Of a stretch of DNA of 5,290 bases, positions 1 to 5,290 are shown piece by piece. How positions within the stretch are numbered: the first letter of the stretch is position 1; each line of letters begins with the position of its first letter. The stretch is from the IMG/VR virus record IMGVR_UViG_2698536335_000010. One strand, given 5' to 3'. Below the pieces are notes generated by a model. It was not told the DNA's origin and made no database searches. It saw nothing but the letters and a program-made list of their open reading frames with translations. Made by a program: the position numbers and the translations under genes. The DNA is from a virus (taxonomy: Duplodnaviria > Heunggongvirae > Uroviricota > Caudoviricetes).

Positions 1-2
1 CC

Positions 3-110
3 CGTGAAGCCATAATGCTGCTGGCCCCGGGATCCGTCAGTGAAATGCAGGACTATATTCCGGAAAACCGCTGTTACCGTGCAACCCTGGAGTTTCAGGT
101 CACGGTGTGA
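3..110 (+). CDS. 3' end of an upstream structural gene (N-terminus outside window); possibly tail terminator / tail completion protein by gene order
   Basis: Only frame open from the window edge; reads ...REAIMLLAPGSVSEMQDYIPENRCYRATLEFQVTV and stops at TGA 108-110. Same strand and immediately upstream of the major tail gene. Product is inferred from synteny only; 35 residues are too few to assign a family. Confidence 0.4.
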   Translation, partial: REAIMLLAPGSVSEMQDYIPENRCYRATLEFQVTV

Positions 111-138
111 CTTTTTCTTTTTTTCTACAAAACCCATA

Positions 139-160
139 CCCCGCCGCGTGCGGGTTTTTT
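139..160 (+). terminator. Intrinsic-terminator-like hairpin followed by a T-run
   Basis: Stem CCCGC (140-144) pairs with GCGGG (150-154), 5-nt loop CGCGT, followed by TTTTTT (155-160). Lies in the 66-nt gap between the upstream stop and the major tail gene start. Confidence 0.5.
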
Positions 161-166
161 ATTATC

Positions 167-172
167 AGGAGG
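167..172 (+). promoter_or_regulatory. Shine-Dalgarno (AGGAGG) for the major tail protein gene
   Basis: Perfect AGGAGG 4 nt upstream of ATG 177. Confidence 0.65.
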
Positions 173-176
173 CAGA

Positions 177-893
177 ATGTCTGCTTTGTATGAACGCTCA
201 CAGCTGACGCAGGTGATGATTTCATCTGCCCCGGCGACTGCTGAAACTATGGATAAGGCGGAATATCTGCGCCTGGACTGCACCATCAAGGAAGTCCAGT
301 TCACCGCCGGTCAGAAACAGGATATTGATGTGACCACGCTCTGCTCCACCGAGCAGGAGAACATCAACGGTCTGGGGGCGTCGTCTGAGATTTCCATGTC
401 GGGTAATTTTTATCTGAATCAGGCCCAGAACGCCCTGCGTGATGCCTATGACAATGACGCGTTGTATGCGTTTAAGGTGCTGTTTCCGTCCGGTAAGGGC
501 TTTAAGTTCCTGGCGGAAGTGCGTCAGCACACCTGGTCATCCGGTACCAACGGCGTGGTGGCAGCAACGTTTTCACTGCGTATGAAAGGCAAACCGGTGT
601 CCTTTGTGGTACCGCTGGCGTTTGTGAAAAATCTGGATAAAACACTTACCGTGAATACAGGTGCGCTGCTGACAATGTCAGTCAGTGCCAACGGGGGAAC
701 GCCGCCGTATAAATACGCCTGGAAGAAGGATGGTCAGCCGGTTGACGGGCAGACGACAGACACCTTCAGTAAGCCAGGTGCGCAGTCCGCTGATGCGGGG
801 AAATATACCTGCGTGGTGACCGATTCGGCAGAGAAAGCACAGAGTGTGACGTCTGTTGAATGCACCGTGACAGTGAGCGCAGCCGCCGGATAA
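177..893 (+). CDS. Major tail (tube) protein with C-terminal Ig-like domain
   Basis: 238-aa ORF with a strong SD, placed directly before the chaperone cassette and tape measure gene, which is the canonical position of the tail tube gene. The C-terminal ~75 aa (...PPYKYAWKKDGQPV...DAGKYTCVVTD...VECTVTV) carry the W...D-x-G-x-Y-x-C signature of an Ig-like fold. Stop TAA 891-893. Confidence 0.8.
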   Translation: MSALYERSQLTQVMISSAPATAETMDKAEYLRLDCTIKEVQFTAGQKQDIDVTTLCSTEQENINGLGASSEISMSGNFYLNQAQNALRDAYDNDALYAFKVLFPSGKGFKFLAEVRQHTWSSGTNGVVAATFSLRMKGKPVSFVVPLAFVKNLDKTLTVNTGALLTMSVSANGGTPPYKYAWKKDGQPVDGQTTDTFSKPGAQSADAGKYTCVVTDSAEKAQSVTSVECTVTVSAAAG

Positions 894-907
894 GGGGATG
901 GGTCATC

Positions 908-1282
908 ATGAAAAAGGATCTGAAAACGCTGGCGCTGGCCAGACTGTCAGGGTTTCGTCATAAAACGGTGAAGGTGCCGGAATGGGGTAATGTCAGCGTG
1001 GTGCTGCGGGAGCCTTCGGCAGAGGCCTGGTATCTGTGGCAGGAAGTGCTCAATGGTGATGGAGAGGATGACGATACCCTGTCGGTGGTGGCGAAAACCC
1101 GCCGTAACCTGGAAGCGGATGTGACGCTGTTCTGCGATGTCCTGTGTGATACGGATCTGCAGCGGGTGTTCGCTCCGGACGACCGTGAGCAGGTGCTGGC
1201 CGTCTATGGTCCGGTACATGCCCGGTTGCTGCGTCAGGCACTGGAACTGATCGCTGATGCAGAGTCGGCCAGAAAAAAGTAG
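908..1282 (+). CDS. Tail assembly chaperone (lambda gpG analogue)
   Basis: ATG 908 (MKKDLKTLALARLSGF...) lies 14 nt after the tail tube stop, with GGGGA (894-898) as a likely SD. The ORF-track start at 860 is inside the preceding gene and lacks an SD. About 124 aa, acidic, ends ...ESARKK with the last codons forming the A_AAA_AAG slippery heptamer before stop TAG 1280-1282. Position between tail tube and tape measure genes is diagnostic. Confidence 0.75.
   Translation: MKKDLKTLALARLSGFRHKTVKVPEWGNVSVVLREPSAEAWYLWQEVLNGDGEDDDTLSVVAKTRRNLEADVTLFCDVLCDTDLQRVFAPDDREQVLAVYGPVHARLLRQALELIADAESARKK
1273..1279 (+). promoter_or_regulatory. Slippery heptamer A_AAA_AAG (copy 1) for a -1 programmed frameshift
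   Basis: X_XXY_YYZ heptamer in the last two sense codons of G. In this copy the -1 frame continues for only 33 codons (VARPEIRFLMRLALRLGRTLSELRHSLSDVIKR) and stops at TGA 1378-1380, because the tandem duplication junction interrupts it. Confidence 0.6.
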
Positions 1283-1376
1283 CCCGCCCGGAAATTCGCT
1301 TTCTGATGCGACTTGCGCTCCGTCTGGGGCGCACCTTATCCGAACTGCGGCACAGCCTGAGTGACGTCATAAAACG

Positions 1377-1691
1377 GTGAAGGTGCCGGAATGGAGAAAT
1401 GTCAGCGTGGTGCTGCGGGAGCCTTCGGCAGAGGCCTGGTATCTGTGGCAGGAAGTGCTCAATGGTGATGGAGAGGATGACGATACCCTGTCGGTGGTGG
1501 CGAAAACCCGCCGTAACCTGGAAGCGGATGTGACGCTGTTCTGCGATGTCCTGTGTGATACTGACCTGCAACGGGTGTTCACTCCGGACGACCGTGAGCA
1601 GGTGCTGGCCGTCTATGGTCCGGTACATGCCCGGTTGCTGCGTCAGGCACTGGAACTGATCGCTGATGCAGAGTCGGCCAGAAAAAAGTAG
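1377..1691 (+). pseudogene. 5'-truncated duplicate of the tail assembly chaperone gene (G'); lacks the first ~21 codons
   Basis: Frame opens after in-frame TGA 1362-1364. No ATG anywhere in this frame, only GTG codons (1377, 1383) without a convincing SD. Encodes ...KVPEWRNVSVVLREP...ESARKK, differing from G at G->R and A->T plus three synonymous changes. Ends with slippery heptamer copy 2 and TAG 1689-1691. Confidence 0.6.
1682..1688 (+). promoter_or_regulatory. Slippery heptamer A_AAA_AAG (copy 2), upstream of the intact T frame
   Basis: Same heptamer as 1273-1279 shifted by 409 nt. Here the -1 frame stays open from 1688 to TGA 1994-1996. Confidence 0.65.
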
Positions 1692-1996
1692 CCCGCCCGG
1701 AAATTCGCTTTCTGATGCGACTTGCGCTCCGTCTGGGGCGCACCTTATCCGAACTGCGGCACAGCCTGAGTGTGAGCGAGGCGATGATGTGGATGGAGTT
1801 CGACAGGGTATCCCCGCTGGGTGATGAGCGCGGGGATATCCGTAATGCACAGATCGTGAAAGCGGTTTTCGGGGCACAGGGGATGAATGTTGCACTGAAG
1901 GACGCCATGCTCTGCTGGGGCGAGGATGAGGATAAGCCGGAGGTGGATCCGTTTGCGGCGCTGGAAGACGCGCTGAGCTTCGCAGCACAGTCATGA
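1688..1996 (+). CDS. T portion of the tail assembly chaperone frameshift product (lambda gpT analogue); -1 frame relative to G'
   Basis: The -1 frame after the heptamer reads VARPEIRFLMRLALRLGRTLSELRHSLSVSEAMMWMEFDRVSPLGDERGDIRNAQIVKAVFGAQG...AAQS (~103 aa). Its first in-frame ATG (1715) has no SD, consistent with expression by frameshift fusion rather than independent initiation. Ends 47 nt before the tape measure start. Confidence 0.7.
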   Translation, partial: VARPEIRFLMRLALRLGRTLSELRHSLSVSEAMMWMEFDRVSPLGDERGDIRNAQIVKAVFGAQGMNVALKDAMLCWGEDEDKPEVDPFAALEDALSFAAQS

Positions 1997-2004
1997 ATGA
2001 TGAG

Positions 2005-2025
2005 AACCGCTGAGGCGGTTTTTTT
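2005..2025 (+). terminator. Terminator/attenuator-like hairpin followed by a T-run, between T and the tape measure gene
   Basis: AACCGC (2005-2010), loop TGAG, GCGGTT (2015-2020), with a run of seven T at 2019-2025. Stem is short, so strength is uncertain. Confidence 0.4.
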
Positions 2026-2043
2026 ACGCCCGGAGAAAGGTGA

Positions 2044-5000
2044 ATGGCGACGTTACGTGAACTGATTATCAAAATTTCGGCAAATTCGCAGTCATTCCAG
2101 TCGGAGATCCAGCGGGCTTCCCGCATGGGCAGTGAATATTACCGGACCCTGCAGAATGGCGGGCGTCAGGCTGCCGCAGTCGCCCGGGAGCAGCGACGCG
2201 CCCTGGCTGAGCTGAACAGCCAGTTGACGGAAATCCGCGCTTCAGCTGCCGGAACGGCGGGGGCATTTGCAGGTGCCTTTGCCACCGGACACCTGATTTC
2301 TCTGGCCGATGAATGGAGTTCCGTGAATGCCCGACTGAAACAGGCGTCGCAGTCATCCGATGAATTTTCGTCATCACAGAAAGTGCTGATGGATATCAGC
2401 CAGCGGACGGGCACGGCATTTTCAGATAATGCGGCCCTGTTTGCCCGCTCGGCAGCCTCAATGCGTGAATATGGTTACAGTGCTGATGATGTGCTGAAGG
2501 TGACGGAGGCCATTTCCACGGGGCTGAAAATCTCCGGTGCCAGTACGGCAGAGGCGGGCTCGGTGATCACCCAGTTCAGCCAGGCGCTGGCACAGGGTGT
2601 GTTACGCGGTGAGGAATTTAATTCGGTCAATGAAAGCGGAGACCGGATCGTACGTGCACTGGCTGCGGGTATGGGCGTGGCCCGTAAAGACCTTAAGGCG
2701 ATGGCGGACGACGGCAAACTGACGGCGGATAAAGTCGTTCCTGCGTTAATCAGCCAGCTGGGGGTATTGCGTGATGAATATGCCGCCATGCCGGAAACGG
2801 TCTCTGACGGGATCACAAAGGTGGAAAACGCCTTTATGGCCTGGGTGGGTGGCGCGAATGAAGCCAGCGGGGTGACAAAAACGCTCTCCGGCGTGCTGAA
2901 CGGTGTTGCCGGTAATATTGATAATGTGGCAACAGCCGCGGGGGCGCTGGTTGCCGTCGGGGTTGCCCGGTACTTTGGCAATATGGCCTCCGGAGCGGTG
3001 TCTGCCACGGCAGGACTTGTGACGGCAGCACGTAATGAAGTGGCACTGGCGGAAGCACAGCTCAGGGGGACGCAGATTGCCACGGCGCGGGCAAGGGCAG
3101 CCGTGTACCGTGCACAGCAGGCTGTGGCGGCAGCCCGCGGGACGGAGATGCAGATTGCTGCAGAAGCCCGTCTGGCGGCCACACAGGAACGCCTGAACAG
3201 AAATATTGCTGCCAGAACCGCAGCCCAGAATGAGCTGAACAGTACAACGGCGGTGGGCTCACGTCTGATGACTGGTGCGTTGGGACTGGTTGGTGGCGTA
3301 CCCGGACTGGTGATGCTGGGGGCAGCAGCATGGTATACGCTGTACCAGAATCAGGAGCAGGCCAGGGAGTCAGCGCGCCAGTATGCACTGACGATAGATG
3401 AAATCGCGCATAAAACGCCGTCAATGTCTTTGCCTGAAGCCTCAGATAATGAAGGACGAACACGGGCGGCGCTGGCAGAGCAGAACCGGCTGATTGATGA
3501 ACAGGCCAGCCGGGTGAAATCCCTGCAGGAAAAAATCGCTGGATATCAGTATGTTCTGGCTAACCCTGGCTGGACAACCGGTGACGGATTCATGATAAAC
3601 CATCTGACATCGGTGAAGACCGTGACGGAAGGGCTTTCTCAGGCAACAGAGCAGCTTGCCGTTGAGCAGTCCCGTCTGGCACAGATGCAGGAAAAAGTGC
3701 AGTCCATTCAGGATGTGCTTGCCGGGCTGGAAGACCGTCGTGTGGCGTTAATTCGTCAGCAGGCGGCAGAGCAGAATAAGGTGTACCAGTCCATGCTGGT
3801 TATGAACGGTCAGCATACGGAATTCAACCGTCTGCTGGGGCTGGGGAATGAACTGCTTCAGCAGCGTCAGGGACTGGTGAATGTACCGTTACGGCTGCCG
3901 CAGGCCACCCTGGATGATAAACAGCAGAGCGCCCTGACAAAAACAGAACGTGAGCTGGCCCTGTCCCGACTGAAGGGGGAGGAAAAAGAGCGTGCCCGGC
4001 TGGGGTATGCGGCGGATGACCTTGGTTTTGTGGGGGATTCGTATCAGGAGGCGAGACAGCGTTATATCAGTAATGCTCTGGAAGCCTGGCGTAATAACGA
4101 GGCGAACAAACCTAAATCCCGGGGTGGAAAATCAGAGACGGAAAAAGCGGAAGACAGTTTTTCCCGGCTACTGAAGCAGCAGAAAGAGCAACTGGCACTG
4201 GCGGGTCAGAATACAGAGCTGGCGAAGCTGAAGTACCAGACTGCGCAGGGCGAACTGAAAACCCTGACGGAGATGCAGAAGCAGGAACTGCTGCGTAACG
4301 CGGCCCTGATTGACCAGCAAAAAATCCGGGAACAGTTGCGATCCCGGGAAGAGACCCTGAAGAATGATAATGTGGCTGCGCGTGCATCAAATGAAGCCGA
4401 ACTGCTGGGATACGGGCAGGGAGAACGAGCCAGGGAACGCATGCGGGAGTTGCAGCAGATCCGCGACAGCTTCCGCCAGAAGGATGCGGACCTTCAGTCT
4501 CAGTATCAGACCGGGGATATCAGTGAGGATTTTTACAGACAGGCACGGGCACAGAACGCGCAGTATCTGAGCGAACGCCTTAAGGACCAGGCAGCCTTTT
4601 ATGCCGAATCGGATGCGCAGCGTGCGGACTGGCAGAAAGGCTTGCAGGAGGGGCTCAGTAACTGGGTGGACAATGCATCCGATTACGCTTCACAGGCAGC
4701 ACAGCTTGCGACGGAGGGTATCTCAGGGATGGTGAATAACATCACGGAGATGCTGAACGGAAACAAAGTGGAATGGCGCAACTGGGCCTCATCCGTACTG
4801 CAGGAAATCTCAAAAGTTCTTATGAATGCCGCGATTGTCAACGGAATTAAGACGGCGGCAAACGGTATGTCCGGTGCGGGAGGATTTATTGGCAGCATTG
4901 GTGACTGGCTGGGCGGTGCGGTGGCCAATGCAAAAGGCGGCGTGTATACCTCGGCAAACCTGAGTGCGTACAGCAACAGCATTGTGGACACGCCCACGTA

Positions 5001-5286
5001 CTTTGCGTTTGCAAAAGGGGCCGGGCTGATGGGGGAAGCCGGACCTGAAGCCATTATGCCCCTGACCCGGGCGGCGGATGGCTCGCTGGGCGTACGCGCG
5101 GTGGGCAGTATGAACGGCAGTGCCGGTCTGGTGTATTCCCCGGTCTACCACATCGCCATTCAGAATGACGGGGCTAACGGACAGATAGGGGCGGAGGCGG
5201 CAGGCAGTCTTGTGCAGCTGATTGACCAGCGGGTGCAGGCGGTGATGCTGTCCATGCGACGTGACGGAGGAATGCTGAGTGGCTGA
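2044..5286 (+). CDS. Tail tape measure protein (lambda gpH-like)
   Basis: 1080-aa ORF directly after the G/T cassette, with GGAG (2032-2035) 8 nt before ATG 2044. Long Ala/Gln/Arg/Glu-rich predicted helical and coiled-coil middle region, and glycine-rich hydrophobic segments (e.g. LMTGALGLVGGVPGLVMLGAAAWYTLY, ~3265..3345). The C-terminal region (...EWRNWASSVLQEI...GGFIGSIGDWLGG...IQNDGANGQIGAEAAG...MRRDGGMLSG) resembles the lambda gpH C-terminus (...NWRSFTRSVL...VGSIGSAIGG...INNDGTNGQIGPAA...MRDGGLFSG) as I recall it. Stop TGA 5284-5286. Confidence 0.9.
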   Translation: MATLRELIIKISANSQSFQSEIQRASRMGSEYYRTLQNGGRQAAAVAREQRRALAELNSQLTEIRASAAGTAGAFAGAFATGHLISLADEWSSVNARLKQASQSSDEFSSSQKVLMDISQRTGTAFSDNAALFARSAASMREYGYSADDVLKVTEAISTGLKISGASTAEAGSVITQFSQALAQGVLRGEEFNSVNESGDRIVRALAAGMGVARKDLKAMADDGKLTADKVVPALISQLGVLRDEYAAMPETVSDGITKVENAFMAWVGGANEASGVTKTLSGVLNGVAGNIDNVATAAGALVAVGVARYFGNMASGAVSATAGLVTAARNEVALAEAQLRGTQIATARARAAVYRAQQAVAAARGTEMQIAAEARLAATQERLNRNIAARTAAQNELNSTTAVGSRLMTGALGLVGGVPGLVMLGAAAWYTLYQNQEQARESARQYALTIDEIAHKTPSMSLPEASDNEGRTRAALAEQNRLIDEQASRVKSLQEKIAGYQYVLANPGWTTGDGFMINHLTSVKTVTEGLSQATEQLAVEQSRLAQMQEKVQSIQDVLAGLEDRRVALIRQQAAEQNKVYQSMLVMNGQHTEFNRLLGLGNELLQQRQGLVNVPLRLPQATLDDKQQSALTKTERELALSRLKGEEKERARLGYAADDLGFVGDSYQEARQRYISNALEAWRNNEANKPKSRGGKSETEKAEDSFSRLLKQQKEQLALAGQNTELAKLKYQTAQGELKTLTEMQKQELLRNAALIDQQKIREQLRSREETLKNDNVAARASNEAELLGYGQGERARERMRELQQIRDSFRQKDADLQSQYQTGDISEDFYRQARAQNAQYLSERLKDQAAFYAESDAQRADWQKGLQEGLSNWVDNASDYASQAAQLATEGISGMVNNITEMLNGNKVEWRNWASSVLQEISKVLMNAAIVNGIKTAANGMSGAGGFIGSIGDWLGGAVANAKGGVYTSANLSAYSNSIVDTPTYFAFAKGAGLMGEAGPEAIMPLTRAADGSLGVRAVGSMNGSAGLVYSPVYHIAIQNDGANGQIGAEAAGSLVQLIDQRVQAVMLSMRRDGGMLSG

Positions 5287-5290
5287 GATA

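Larger units (their letters stand above)
956..1773 (+). repeat. Imperfect tandem direct duplication, 2 x ~409 bp (956..1364 and 1365..1773)
   Basis: Aligned by eye at a 409-nt offset. Identical except six substitutions: 986 vs 1395, 988 vs 1397, 1153 vs 1562, 1156 vs 1565, 1162 vs 1571, 1172 vs 1581. Both copies contain codons ~17-125 of G, the slippery heptamer and the first ~27 codons of the T frame. Junction is ...CCTGAGTG-A-CGTCATAAAACGG. Confidence 0.9.

Noticed and set aside
860-907. ORF-track start of the chaperone gene at ATG 860
   Set aside because: This extension overlaps the 3' end of the tail tube gene and has no SD. ATG 908 follows the tube stop with a G-rich SD at proper spacing and starts with a typical MKK N-terminus.
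1283-1335. Possible frameshift-stimulating stem (CGCCC 1285-1289 with GGGCG 1327-1331) downstream of the slippery site
   Set aside because: The pairing is short and long-range, and I cannot evaluate its stability without folding software. Not reported as a feature.
956-1773. CRISPR array, IS element or other mobile-element explanation for the repeat
   Set aside because: Only two copies of a long (~409 bp) protein-coding unit with no spacers, no terminal inverted repeats and no transposase. It is a segmental tandem duplication, not a CRISPR or IS element.
1715-1996. T as an independently initiated gene from ATG 1715
   Set aside because: No SD upstream of ATG 1715, and the frame is open from the slippery heptamer at 1682-1688. 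The conserved phage arrangement expresses T only as a frameshift fusion.
1050-2126. 358-aa ORF on the minus strand
   Set aside because: Antisense to the chaperone cassette; Pro/Arg/Ser-rich low-complexity translation typical of the reverse strand of GC-rich coding DNA; spans the duplication junction and has no start context. Judged spurious.
2475-3182. 235-aa minus-strand ORF, plus other short minus-strand and alternate-frame ORFs inside the tape measure gene (e.g. 3062..3463, 3992..4174, 4112..4442, 4683..5151)
   Set aside because: All lie within the strongly supported 1080-aa tape measure ORF and give Ala/Ser/Pro-rich low-complexity translations. They are consistent with chance open frames in GC-rich sequence.
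1-5290. Hidden defence, toxin or cargo gene as the 'novel system'
   Set aside because: Every substantial + strand ORF is accounted for by the canonical tail-module order (upstream structural gene, tube, G, T, tape measure) with tight spacing. There is no room for an additional gene and no compositional island is visible by eye.

Overview
This window is a contiguous, same-strand (+) tail-morphogenesis module of a lambda-like siphovirus or prophage, probably enterobacterial (a guess from sequence style only). Gene order is: 3' end of an upstream structural gene (3..110), major tail tube protein with a C-terminal Ig-like domain (177..893), tail assembly chaperone G (908..1282), the -1 frame T ORF reached through an A_AAA_AAG slippery heptamer, and a 1080-aa tape measure protein (2044..5286) whose C-terminus resembles lambda gpH as I recall it. 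The one clearly unusual feature is an imperfect tandem direct duplication of about 409 bp (956..1364 and 1365..1773) inside the G/T chaperone cassette. It duplicates most of G, the slippery site and the first ~27 codons of T, so the locus reads G(full) - T'(truncated) - G'(5'-truncated) - T(full), with the canonical G-T fusion architecture broken. Two hairpin plus T-run elements sit before the major tail gene and between T and the tape measure gene. I found no defence, toxin or cargo gene here; apart from the duplication the content is an ordinary phage tail module. All product calls rest on gene order, size, translation features and remembered family characteristics, with no database search.
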